This document shows, in pieces, positions 24,708-40,039 of a DNA stretch of 64,000 nt; position 1 is the stretch's first letter, and each line of letters starts with the position of its first letter. The stretch covers positions 124,001 through 188,000 of the forward strand of contig JAMDHS010000037.1 in the NCBI GenBank assembly GCA_029717555.1, in the 5' to 3' direction. The stretch is from Peribolospora baueri. Lineage: Eukaryota. A program made the position numbers and the translations under genes. The notes under the pieces are model-generated. The model searched no databases. It was not told the DNA's origin and saw only the letters and a program-made list of their open reading frames with translations.

Positions 24708-27700
24708 ATGGCCCATCGTCCGCCGGCCGTGACGGGCTCGCGGCATTCGTCCGCTTCGCGCGCCTCTTCCCACCGCAACGCCCCGCCCTCGTCACCCATC
24801 CGCCCCTCCTTGCCTCGCACCACGACGCTATGGACGCACGACCCGTCCTTCTCTACCTCCGATGTCGTCGTCAACCCCGACAGCCTTCCAGAAGGATGCG
24901 TCCCCGGGTCGCTCATTCAAATCATAGATGCCGCACACGGATTGCCCACCGCGCTTGGAGGGCCGAGGGACAAGGAGGCAAAGAAAGCACAGAGGAGGAG
25001 CTTGGTCGTCAAGGTGCCGCAGAGGGGGAAGGACAAGGAGGTCCTTGCCAAGCAGCCCCAGATCCACATCAGCATCTCCAAGACCATGGCGGCGCCTTTT
25101 GGACTGAGCAACCGCTCAGAAGTATACTTGACAAAGGTGGGCGGTTGCCCTCGAGCCGATCGGACGTCGGCCCTTTCGCTGAAGTTCTCCCTCTTCCCAT
25201 CACTGGCTGTTCCTTCGACATCGCTTCTAGGTCTCCCGCCGAAATATGGCCATTTCGCACGTTGAGATCCATTTCCGGGACCAATACATTGGCCGTTCGG
25301 ATATGTGGCGCATGTCCATGTCCCTTGAGGATACCTGCGTCTATGTCGGTCAAAAGGTCGTGTTTGCTGGCTGCGTGCGCGCTACCATTAAGGCTATCTA
25401 CATCAATGCAAAGAGGGTAAGCTGCCGCCTATTCTCTAGTGCGCTACCCGACTCACGCAATGCGGTGCCTGCCATGGATGCGCATACCATGAATGATATC
25501 CTTGGCTCACGCTCCCCACCTCTACTTCTCTTGATCAGGTCTCGTCCGGTTACATGACGTCCTCTACAAGGACCATCTTCCGCTCCGAGTCGGCCAAATA
25601 CTACATCTTTATCCAACTTTCTCGGGAGATGTGGGAGTTTGACGAGGACGGAGAGCTGTACTACGAAAAGGCCGTTCAAGGTTTCCTCCCGGACCTCCTG
25701 CATCGCTGGCGGATGATAGGCACCAACCACGTTGTAACGGTCGTCCTGTTCGCAAGGGTGTTATACTACCAGAGCGAGGCAGAATGGATCAAGAGCCTCA
25801 AGGGGGGCCAAAGTATGGCACTGAGACAGGCCAAGGATGGAAGCTACTACAAGGACTTCTTCAAGGTCATCGTCGATCTCGAGACCAGCACCGATTGGGG
25901 AAAGGCGTTGACGTCGCTCAAGGAAGAGTTTTTTCGGTTCCAGCATGACGTCCTCCTCATTCCCACTTCTGCTTCACCCGCTCCCGCGGCTCCTAGCCTG
26001 AATTCAAAGGCTGCAGGTGCCATTACAACGTCAACGTCCGGATCGGTTCGGTTGGCCGGTCATCTCTCTTTCTCCTTTGAAGGATCCATCCTCGAGGCCA
26101 TCAACCTGGCTCTCAATCCATTTGATGAGCACTACATTGACCGCGATCTTCTTCGAACTGGCCTCAGCATGCTCGTCGTCACCGCTGGCACGGGGCATTT
26201 CGAGGTGGATAAAAAGCTCTTGCGGCTCACGACCGAAAGGATGATCGATAATGGCATTGGACTAGACGTCGTTTGTTTGACAAAGATGCCCCTTCATAGT
26301 GTGCCTCGTGAGTGGTCTCATTTCTTGGTCAACTGGAGACGTGTTGCTTCTCAACCATCTCCATCTTTCAGCGTCTGTCGCTGACATTGCCCTCCCTTCA
26401 GTCTTTCACTTTCGTTCTCATGTACCGGAGCTCCAGAGCACGGAAGCTACCGTGGCGGCAAAGTCGACGATCAGAGTATCTGCGTTGAATGCTGGCGCCA
26501 TCAGCACAGCTTCCGGAGCCGTGGCCTCAGGGACCCGGCTACCACCCGATCTCCACCTCGCTTCCCAACGACTGTCGCCCGGTACTCCAGACCCTCTGTA
26601 CTTCGATGCTCCGAGAGAGACGCAGGAGGAGTCTGCGTTCTATTCGGTTCCTTACTGGGTCGACTGCTCCTTCTACAACCTCCAGCAAGACAAGCCTTTC
26701 CGTGAGGATCGTTTCGTGCCACGATGCAAGATGCACGAGGTGCAAATGAGGGGCATCATGGAACATGAGATCTCGAGCATCACCATTCCTTTTCTCGATC
26801 CGTCGCTGAGCAAACCTAGCGCAAAGGCCCTTTCCGCCGCACAGGGTGCGAGCGGTGTGGACGCCTTGGGCTCCACCGGTCAGGCGGAGCTGAGTCAAAG
26901 GGAGCAGCGGAGGCTCGCCAGGGCGAGGTTTGACTTGGATACCTTTGCTCGTCGTGCACCAGCTTCTCAACAGCCGTCTTGTGATCGACTCGACGGGCCT
27001 CTCACCAGGTTGCATGGTTCGCCGCGAGGTGTGCTCAGGCCAACAGGTGTGTTATCCACGTCGCTGCGGGCGAGCCAGCGCCGGCTTGAAGATGACGGGC
27101 GGCGACCTCCAAACGCGGTATCGCGAATGGATAGCGACGTTACGAGCTTGTTTGCGCCGGGAGCCTCCTCTGACACGCCGCGTGCCTCGCCGAGTACGAC
27201 CATGACGACGGACAGTCCGTCCGTGAAGAGCTCAAAGGGCGGCACGTCTTCGACGAGGAGGAACTCTGTCGCGACCGACGTCGACGCGTTAGAGTCCACG
27301 GCGGAAGACTCCACAGTGGAGGACTCGAGGGAAGAGGCGACGGGGAATGGAGAAGGAGGGTCAGGCAGCGTCACGGAGAAGGATTCATTGGCCTCTCGAC
27401 CCATGTCGCCGGACAGATCGACGGCGACCAGCGTGCGAAGTTTGTCGCCAATGGTCCCTCGATTCCGGCCGCTAGAACCATTGGGCAAGTCGAAAGCGTC
27501 TTTGGGCACCTTCAGCTCAACTTCCATCTCCTCGATGTCGCACGCACATTCCACGGGGGGTACCGATTACAGTTCTGATGGTGGTGAGACCACCACGTCC
27601 GCACACACTACTGCGGCGTCAGTTGCCGGAATTGGAGGCACACTTCAACCGCACAAGACCCTCGGATCGAGATTGGGTGCCTCCTGGCTCTGGACTTCCA

Positions 27701-30539
27701 TCGTAGGAGATCGATCTGGGAAGGGGCAGGAGGAAAAGAGCGCTGCGGCCGCCTTGCAGAAGATGGATTCGAGCACGTCCTTGGGCAAGAGGAAAGTTGG
27801 CGGTGTGGCCACGCCCCCAAGGGCGAGCGTGCCTCTGCCAAAGGAGACTTCCGCGGAGCCCTCCAAGTCGTCCGGCGCTGAGGAAACCGCAAGCCAGATC
27901 AGAGCCAAGGCAGATACTCGTCCGTCTCCTCCAAAACCCATTTCGATTCAAACAGACGCCGGTGGCCGAGGGCGTTCTGACTCTGCTTACCGAAACAGGG
28001 CGGCTGGAAGTTTTGAGGATGAAGCGAAGCAGGAGACGGGCAAGTCGCCGGTGCAGAGGCAGCAGAAGGTCAACAAGCAAATGCTTATCAACCCATCTAA
28101 TCCGAGCAAAAATTTGGCGCCGCTTAACCCAAGTCAGACGCGGCGCTGGCAACACCTCTTCCCAAGACCAGTGAATCGTCACACCGTCAAGTGGAAGAGC
28201 ATGTGCACACCAGCTTGCCTGCCTCTTACTACAGATTACTTCCCTTCACCGGACGAGCTTCGCAAGTTGTGGCAGGAGTATCCTTTCACAGTCACCATCT
28301 CGTCCGACACGACGAGTGTCTTACTCAAGCCGCCGGACGGTAAGACGCCGAGGGCAAAGGCCTTCATGCGGGAGATGGTCTCGCAGCGTCTCGCACAGGG
28401 CTTCCAGTTCATTGTCTCTCCGGAGGGACTCGTCCACCTCTCTGAGGATGCGCGCAAGACGACCTTCGCCACTGGTGCGCAGGCTCTCGAGGAAGGTAAA
28501 CTGGCTGCCTTGCGTCCCGCCTCAGAAACGCTCAATTCGGAAAGCCGCGTCGTGGGCGTGCCGATCTACCTCAGCATGAGCAATCACATTCACCGCCTCT
28601 CTTATGATCCCGTCGCCCAGACTGTGGAGGTGAAGCGATACGTTCGCCGGATCGGCTATTCTACTGAACCGGTCGACTATTCTTGCATGATTTGGTCTCG
28701 GCATGCCCCCGGCTATCACCCCGTCCAGACGCGCTTTTCGTACCCCAATGTCGGCGCTTACAACTGGAATTATCTCGACTCGCTCATCTCCGGCTTCGAG
28801 GAGGAGCTGACGGATTCGCTGCGGTACTGGCGTACGCGGTTCATCCTCATACCGTCCGAGGTACCGCCAAACCCCATGAAAGCTCCCACGGGCGAGCCTC
28901 TGAGCGACGAAGAGATTCGGCTCTTGGGAACCGACAAGCTGGCAGAGCTGTTTGCAAAGGCTCGTTGGCTTAGGCCAGGGGAGAGGCCAGAGCGCTTTGG
29001 TCCGCCGCGTTTCTTCAACACGTCATTGGACCCTTCGACCTGCCTCGGGGACGAGAACCTTATTAAGAGCATGGCGGAGGCCAAGAACTATGTTCCCGCC
29101 GGCGCGCCTAACAAAGTGTTGAAGGGCTCGACGCTGGCGCAAATTGCGAAGGAGATGAGATCGGAGAGGACAGGCGTCAGGATCAACGACAGGCTGTGGC
29201 ATCGGATCCTGTACGCTGACACGTTCATTGGCTTTGACTTCGTCACTTGGCTCTGTCGGACGTACCGCGACGTCAGGACGAGAGAGGACGCGGTGGAGTG
29301 GGGCATCAAGCTTCAGAAAGACGGTCTTTTCGAGCACGTCAACAAGGTGCACGGCTTTCTCGACGGCCACTACTTTTACCGGCTCAAGGGAGAGTACGCG
29401 CTTCCTCGAGCCAGCAAGAGCTGGTTCGGCAGCACGAAAAAAGGTTCGGATGCCGCGAAAGGCTCCGATGCCACGAGCGACTCGTCTGACGCCGAAGACG
29501 ATGCCGGCCGCGCAGACATGTCTGACGCAGTGGCGCTGGATGGGGATAAGGTACAGGGCAAGTCAGACGCAAAGGCGGGTGGGGCAGAAACTCGCCGCAG
29601 TGGGGCTAAGAGCAAACCAGTCCGAAAAGCCAAGCTGGAGATGAGCAAGTCCATCATTATCGACGTCGACCCGGCGCGGAAGAGCGACCGGGCGGAAATC
29701 GCCTTCCTCCACCACGATTTGGCTCATAATCCTGCCAACAGCTTGAGCTTCCAAATCCACTGGCTGGGCACGACAACGAGGTTTATCGAGGACATGCTTC
29801 AAGGTTGGAGTCGGACTATCGAGAAGTACGGCTTAAGGCTCGTCGAGGCGCCCGTGGAACAGGTCAAGGACATTCCGAAGCATAACCCTTTCCAGTCAAC
29901 AATCCCCATCCCCTTGGCCTTCCCTCCACCGCCGGAGAGCGAGTACGAGTCGCGCCTGCCGGAAAAGGTACAGGCGAAAGAGTATCTCGAATACGCACTC
30001 TTGCGCAAATTCAATTTTGTCCTGGACTCGGAGGCGGCGGACAGATTCCCAAAAAACGTGCAGATCGTGTATTCTTCCCGACGTGGTGAGCCATCGTCTC
30101 CCATTTGATTTCTTGATGGCTGCCCCAGTGCCATCGCGACCGCATATTGATATATATTGACCCTTGTTCGCCTTCGGCAGAACACTTTGACCACACCCAA
30201 TTTATTCATCGCTCTGGCGTCGCCTTCGTCCAGGTGATCGGCGGCTCGGAAGGCTTCATCTGGTTGCCTAACCGTCTTTTCACCTCACGTCATTGGCGGG
30301 GCGCACCGGACCCCGACGCGCTGCGGAAGGAGCTCGAGGCCTTTTGTTCGAACAAAGAGGCTCTGGAGAGGTTCTGGAAGGAGACCATTGACGCGCTCCC
30401 CACGCCGCTGAGCACGCCCTCTCTTCCCGCCTCCTCTTCCGGATCAGCGACGACGCCCGCAGCGGCCCTCGCCGTCGATTCGCCGGACGTCTCGAACGGC
30501 GGCGCGGGAAGGCAGGCCGATGTGAATGCCATCGCCTAG
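24708..30539 (+). CDS. IML1: Vacuolar membrane-associated protein Iml1 / DEPDC5 (SEACIT/GATOR1 subunit; spliced)
   Basis: [90 protein letters not shown] domain ([22 protein letters not shown]...[10 protein letters not shown]), and [12 protein letters not shown]. Confidence 0.96.
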
Positions 30540-31145
30540 ATTACGGACGACGTTTCGACGCATGCATGCAATGCGACTCTGGCCAACTTTAGTTGTGTTA
30601 TTGTGCCTTATTCCCCCAAACTTGCTTTCTTAGGTTCGATCTCCCCGTTCCTGCAACTCTCCTTCGTTGTACGTTAGGTAGGCCGGTCGGGCGACACTCG
30701 GACGGTCGGTCGGTCGATGATAGGCGTCCGACCTTAGTTTTTTGCTAGTACCAGCGAAGCGCTCTACAGCGAGTCTTTCGCGGTCCCAGGTCAACCGCCT
30801 CGCGACAGCCCTTTGGAGCACGACTACGGGCGGACGCGTCTAAAACCGAGCATGCGTTGCAATCGAAGCCAATAGTCGTACAAGAATGTGCAGAAAGAGG
30901 AAGAGTCGAACGTCCGGCCTGAGAAACAGAACGCGGTCTCCCCTGTCCGTTAAGAATTCCGCGTCCTTCCCTTCCCCGTCCCTTTTCCCTTAAATTTTTT
31001 GTTGGAGGTTGAGGAGACGAGTGGCCGGAAGAAACGACATCGGAAGCATGGAAAGCGCGGCTCGACGACAGGGATGAAAGAAGCAGAAAAAAAAGGAAGA
31101 AAGGGAGGAATACCAAGCAAGCTGACCCGATGCAATCTAACAGCA

Positions 31146-33445
31146 TCATTCCCGATGTACGTCTTCCGAAGCGTACACTCCCAGCCGCATCAACTCGTCA
31201 TACAGGCTACCATCGCCATTGTCGCCGTTGACTGTTCTTGTGTGCATCCGATTTTGATCTGGGCTGGAGTTTGGATTCGGGTATTGGGTAGAGGAAGACG
31301 AATTCTGAGTCGAAAACGAGGACTTCGGTATTCGTCCGTCGTCGGTGCTCGAGTGGTCTCGTGGGGGAGATAGAGACAGGCGAGACATGAGGATCTCGTA
31401 GCTGAAGTGGAGCAGAGGAAAAAGGCAGGTATACGTCAGGCGGCCGTTGGCATAAAGGGAAATACGAAGAGCACGCATAAGCTTGCTCCTAAGGAGAGAG
31501 CGCAAACAGTAACGGAGGCTCACGTCAAAATGGTTATAGCCGAGCTCGGCACAGTCCTCAAAAGGTTGACGCCCATGCCCTTATAGAAGCCCGTCAGGCC
31601 TTCCTCAGCGAGAATCTTCTTTCCTGTGGCAAGGACACCTCGATACCTGCGCGTAGCTGCGAATGCTGTCATATTCGCACTGTCAGCGGGAGGCCGACCG
31701 GGAATGATGGTGTCTACGGCGCCTTTGGCCTTCTCAGCGACGGCATGGAGCGGGCTAGACGTGCCCATAGGCCCCGTGAGCGGTTGAACAGGTCGTGGTG
31801 GCGGTGGAGACGGGGCATGATGACTTCGTTGGATTTGAAGTCTTGTGCGAAGTACCTCGTGCGGGTACGTCGTTACTGAGGCGATCATCTTTGCAAGGGA
31901 GGAACAGACCAGAATGTACGATGGCGGGAGGTCGGTTCGGTCTGGAGGGGTGTATCGATCTGGTGTGGCGTGCAGAATAGTAAAACCGGTAAGTGGCCCT
32001 TTGCCTTGTGCGAATAGGAAGACTTTTGTCTCCGCGCGCCTGGAATAAACAGCGAAGATATCACACTTACGGGCCCAAGATTTAAACTGCTCGTACAACG
32101 GGAACTGCACAGCAACATGACTGACGCCGAGCAAGCTGGGCAGCAATCCTCGGTAAAAACCTCGTACGCCTTCTGCTCGGTAGATGGTCCGGAAGGCATC
32201 GAGAGTGTGTTTGTATCGTTCTCCTTTTCCTGTTGCTGATTGGATCTGGAGGGAGAGATAAGAATGAGTAGACCGAAGAGGCTGCAAAGGCGGTAACACG
32301 ACGAGTCTCACCATAAATCGAGTTTTGACAACCCAGAGCGGGTTGGTGACGATCGTGCCCGTCGCACCCGCTGACATGGCCGCGATGATGTGATTGAGCC
32401 ACTCTGGAGAAGACTGCGAGTAGCCTGAAACAATCAAGAGAGTGGAGGCCAATGAAATGCACAGAATTATCGGTAAGCCAGAAGGGAAAAGAGTCAGCAA
32501 AGCGATAGTGACTCTCCACGCGCTCCTTCCCTCCCAATATCGCAGCCCAAAACGATCAGAGTCTGGTTATCATTGATCCTCATCCGAGGGAAGAGCAATA
32601 TCGCTCCGATAGCGAAGGATAGCTCTATGCGACCCGCTCAGAGGGTGGTGAATGGCTAGTCGTCAAATCGTTCATCCCTCCCCCACTTGACCAGGACCCG
32701 CGCCTCGACTCCATCCATTCGAATAGAGACGAGTTGCTCTTCCGTCTCTACGGCCAAGCTTCCGTCCATCTTCTTTTCTCCCAATGCAGTACCACCCCAC
32801 TCAATCGAGTCGACAAACTATAAAGAAGTAGACGAACTCACCATCCCTGCTCAGAACAACCTTGATGTCGTCGTACACGGTGAAGTAGATGGCCCACGTG
32901 GGAAGGTAGCCGAAGATCGTCGGACCGAGGCCTCGGTAGAAGCCTCGGAAGCCATCGTCAATGTAGATTCGTCGCAGAGTCCCTGAAGAGGGGACAGGGT
33001 TGGGGGGGGGGGGAGCGGCGATGCACGAGCAGTGAGCGTCAATCTGCCGTCACTCGAGACATCTATCCATCGGACCAGATCTCTCCTAATAATCTTCAGC
33101 TCGCGACTTGCGCGATTCGAATCTTTTGGCAAACTTTCGCGTTCCAAAGGACCGCACCGCAAACGTCCACTCACCCATCAATCCATGATAAGCCCTCTTC
33201 TTCGCCGCCTCCGCAATGCTGCCCTGCGCCTGAAGTTTGGTCTTAACGACATCCAGCGGACAGGTGACAATACTGCTGACCAGGCCGGCACCTGCTCCAG
33301 AAAGAGCTGACGGAGAGAGTCCAAGAAAGATAGCCGCCGTGGGTAGTGGGGAGTTTGAGTTGTAGCGATCGGCACGCGAGTTGGAGTTGGACACCGAGTG
33401 AGAAACAGAGGATGTGGATGGACCCGCCGAGCCCGAAGCGGGCAT
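31146..33445 (-). CDS. Mitochondrial carrier, NAD+ transporter type (Ndt1/Yia6-like; spliced)
   Basis: Three carrier signatures CPLDVVKTKLQ, NPLWVVKTRFM and YPHEVLRTRLQ; also GLGPTIFGYLPTWAIYFTVYD and GVSHVAVQFPLYE. Confidence 0.92.
32551..32672 (-). ncRNA. Intronic box C/D snoRNA (snR55/SNORD33-like guide)
   Basis: On the minus strand: terminal stem AACGA/TCGTT, C box TTGACGA (32666-32660), D' CTGA (32641-32638), C' ATGAGGA (32583-32577), D CTGA (32559-32556). The D' guide GCCATTCACCACC is complementary (1 mismatch) to conserved 18S GGUGGUGCAUGGC. It lies in a 417-nt intron (32425-32841), in the host gene's sense. Confidence 0.8.
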
Positions 33446-34347
33446 CGTGTGATTAAGGATAGTCTCGGAGGAGAAGGGGGGGCTGAGAGCGAAGCGAGGC
33501 AGGGCGAGGCGAGGAGTGGGTTAAAGAAGGCAGGGGGCCGAAGAGGGCGGCGATAAGAAGGCGGCTACCTTCCTGTTCAGCAGCGGCCGGTGGAAGGAGA
33601 AGGGAGCGCGCTGAGCGAGTGTTAATCTAACCGACTATAGCAAGAATGCGGTCGCTGTAAGTGGTCAGTCGGCGTGAATAGCGTGAATGTCGGAGTCACT
33701 GAGAGCGAAGGTGAGGATGGGGAAGCCGATGCCCTGGTCGTCCCGATCGGTGCCGCGCGGGCCGGCTCGATCCGGTCGGACTGGTGATTCTCCAGCGGCG
33801 GCCGACCAAGGCGACGCGAAGACGGGAGGCAAGGCTGCCCACGAGGAACCAAGGAAAAGACGTGAAGAACAAGCGGCGGCGAGACCGGGATGGGGTCGTG
33901 GGGGAAGCGAGGAGGAGGATGAGAAGGAAAAAGGTCAGCAGGAAATGGGAGGAAAGGAATCGAACGGGTCGTGCGAGGAGGGACTAGCACGTCATTATCG
34001 CCGGCCAGCGCCGCATACCGCCGGCAATGGGTTGAGGAGGCACGTGGTCAGCGATCACAGCGGGCGCCGCAGCAACGCAATGTTCCCACGCCTGCCGTTG
34101 GGCGCCCCTAAGCTTCGCCGCGTTCGCCGATCACGGCGGTCAGCGGCGGAGGCGGAAGATAGAGGGCGGGATAGCCATCAATCATCTATCTCATCTCATC
34201 TCCTCATCCCCTCATCTGCTCCTCGTCTCCACAAGCCGTTAGTTACCTCGTCATTTTTCCTGATCATTTCCAGCGAGCGACCGACTGCCTCGTCGACGAC
34301 CCTACCCTCCGTTTTACCCTGCACTTGGAAGACGAGCATCACTCGCC

Positions 34348-37057
<2,710 letters not shown>

Positions 37058-37515
37058 TTTAGAGCGTGGCGAAGCGAGGATCCGTCGTGTATCCATCATG
37101 ACTGACTTGCTAATCGACTGACTACACTGAATGACCAACTATAGCCATTCACCTGTCTGATGCGGCGGCCCTGAGCAGCTGCGAGTTTCATGGGGATGCC
37201 AGTAGGGAGATGGCCATCTCTGGGAAAGATGATCTTAAAAAGACTCGAGCGGTTCCGCGGGACGAAGCTAAGTCTAGTTCCCTGGGCCCCTACAGCTATC
37301 CTCCGAATTTGAATTCGACGAGCCGGGGGGAGTGGGTCACACGCTCGAGAAGGAAGGAGCTCGAAGACGTGCGGACGGCCTCGAGGGCGGTCGTTAAGCG
37401 AAAGGACGAGAATCGGAGGAAAACAAAAAAAAAAGATCGGGCGCAACGCAAACGCAACGCATGTCCCTTCCGCGCGTGCTCGCCGTGCCGTGCCGTGCCG
37501 TGCCGTACCGTACGT

Positions 37516-39669
37516 TCACAGGCCGTCCATCGCTCTCCTGGCCGCCTCAAAGCCTTTGTAGGTGATGGCATACTGGCGGAAGAGGAGGGCGGTGTCTCAA
37601 AGTCAGAGACGTGGCGGTCGAACCGACACCCCTCCCGAGTCTGGTGGACGGCCCAAACAGACAACCCCGCGCTCACCTCGGTGATCCCGCGATAGTCTGA
37701 CGGATCCACGCCAGCGCCGGTACGTCGCTTGTTCCACTCCTCAAAGCCTTCGGAGCGGGCGAATTTATGAATGTATGTGGCTCGGGGTTTGCGCACGCGC
37801 TCGTACTCTGCGAGCGAGAGGGCGAAGGAAGGAAAAAGAGGCGGGTGAGAAAAAAGATCGAGCGAGGATTGACTTTATCAGGGCGAGGAGGCGACCGACC
37901 GGCTCACCTCGAAATGCTTTCTCGACGGCCTGCTCGAACGCTTCCCCCTCGAGGTCGGCTAGAGGAGGGAGTAAAACTGCGAGCGCCTCGACGTCTTCGA
38001 GGGTGAGCCCTGCGCCTTGAGCGACGAACCTGTGATGGCGGGAACGAGCAACGGGCTCACGTCAAAGTCAAGGACAAGCGCCAGGGGCGGGCAGGCCGAG
38101 CTCACTTGCGCCGCACCGCACCGCTCGACCGCGCCAGGCGACTGACTCACGGCAAAACGGCGTGACAAGCGTCGCCGATGACGACCGCCTTGGACTTGTA
38201 GGACCACGTAGGCAAGGGCGGGACGTCTCGAAGGACGTGCAGGCTGATTTCTTGGCCCATCCTGCGGTGCGTGGAAGTCGAGCGGGCCGAGAGTAGTCAG
38301 GCGATTCATGAGCATACGCCCGAAAACGGGATGGATTTGAACGCTCGCTCACCTGATCATCTTGAGGATCCTGGGGTCACTCTCGGCATATTGGGCCTCC
38401 AACACCTTGCGTACGGTGTCGACGTTCCGCTCGTTCTTCTCGTACAACTCGAGTGCCTTGCTGAGCGAAAAGTGAAAGGTGCCTGTGAAGTACTCCTTGG
38501 CGTGGATAGGGAAGAAGATGGCGCGAGCACGGAAGTCGCTGGAGGGGAGATTTTCCACGCGACGTCGGGAGAGCGGTGAGTGAGACAGACGGGCAAAAGC
38601 TAAACTTTATTTTCTTTCCGCACGGCCGCTCCTCGGGCCAGGGACGCGACACCCACCGCCCTTGCGCCAAGGAAGCGTTAGTAAACTGGCAGAGTCGGCA
38701 TTCGTCCAGCCCCTCGCCATCGGTGGTCATCGTGACAAGGGTCGAGAGCTCCTCGTCGGCTAAGACGTCTTGGATCGGGATGAAAACGCGTGCAGCGGCG
38801 TCGCCTGGGACGCCGGGCGTGTGTTGGCCGACGATGGCGGTACGGAGAGGCGAGTTGACGCCGTCGGCGGCGATGATGAAGTCTCCTTGGAAGCTTTGAC
38901 CGTCCGTCGAGATGACCGTGCCGGTGTCGACGTCCTGCCGGAGCGGGACAGGAGGACGAGGAAACAGGGTCAATTTCTCCCACCAGAGGTTGCCGCCGCA
39001 AGACGCACCGCCTTTTCGACTTGGACTCCGAGCAACACAGTCGCCGGGTCACCCTGCAGGCCCAACTCGGCAGACGGAGCGGTGGCTAGGCGAAGCAGCT
39101 CTCCCCGGAGATCTCCCCTGCGGGGGACGAAAAAGAAGAGGAAGGGATCAATTTCGGGAGGCGCTCAACGGCGTTGGGCAAGCGAGCTGCGGCCTCGACA
39201 GAGAGGGGATAAAAGAGAACGGACCACTGAAAGACCAAAGCCTTATGGCCCAACCTCTCCTCCAACCTTATATCCTCCTCTCGCAACTCAAAATTGGCAA
39301 GGTCTCCCACAGCATACGTGGTAAAGTTGAGCGCTCGCATTCGGACCGGGTCGGCGCGAAGGGTGCGGAGGATGCGGGTTGCTTGCGGGGTGACGGCGAT
39401 GCCGCCGCCTCGTTTTGCCACTTCGTCTTCTGCAGGGCGGCGAGAAGTGAGGGGTCATTTGTGTGACGAAGGAGAGGCAGAAGCGAGGGAGACTTTTGCC
39501 AACACGCACTCTCCAATACCACCACCTCATACTTCTCCCTGAGAGCGATCGCTGCCCCGAGTCCGGCGATGCCGCCTCCAGAGATGACCACCCGCTTGCG
39601 AGGCGATCTGGCGGCGTCGGAGGGGGCGTCGACGGGCGACGTGGTGGATATAGGGAGAGAGTGCGACAT
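37516..39669 (-). CDS. FAD-dependent monooxygenase (salicylate hydroxylase-like, group A; spliced)
   Basis: Rossmann motif VVISGGGIAGL, DG motif FIIAADGVNS, GD motif VVIGDACHAVLPFVAQGAGLTLED, and EYERVRKPRA. The exons join in frame via GT-AG introns. The last exon YAITYKGFEAARRAMDGL* ends at 37516. Confidence 0.9.
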
Positions 39670-40026
39670 TTGCGACGAGTTTGTTAGAACAGGCGGTCTG
39701 GGAACCGGAAACTGGAAAATGGAAATGGTACGAGGGGGAAGAGAACGTAGTGATTTATGGTCACCCTCTCTCTGCCCCGTCTGTCGACGGCGGACCGTAG
39801 TTAGTCAGAGGCGAGTCCGAGCGCCGTTGGGCCACGCACGCATCTGTGTGGCTGTGCGTTCACTACGCCTAACCGGCTGCCCATCTGGGGCCCGTCCGTG
39901 CGCCATGCGATGGCATCGCCCACAAACCGCAAACTGTAATACGAACCGACGACGTCCGCCGAGAACGCCGACCGAGTCTTGACATCGAGTCAAGCACCGC
40001 CTCGCACGAGCGCCGCGACGCTATCG

Positions 40027-40039
40027 TGAGTCACGTGAC
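40027..40039. promoter_or_regulatory. Palindromic GTCACGTGAC E-box overlapping TGAGTCA, in the divergent monooxygenase/VNX1 promoter
   Basis: Sequence TGAGTCACGTGAC is seen directly. Function is inferred. Confidence 0.5.

Noticed and set aside
30631..30650. GGTTCGATCTCC resembling a tRNA T-loop/B-box
   Set aside because: No acceptor stem, D-arm or anticodon arm can be folded around it.
32690..32835. Hairpins (TAGAGACG/CGTCTCTA) in the 5' part of the snoRNA host intron as a second ncRNA
   Set aside because: No convincing C/D or H/ACA boxes were found.
39400..39510. Apparent frameshift in the monooxygenase 5' region
   Set aside because: A phase-1 GT-AG intron joins the frames without a break, so I did not call a pseudogene.
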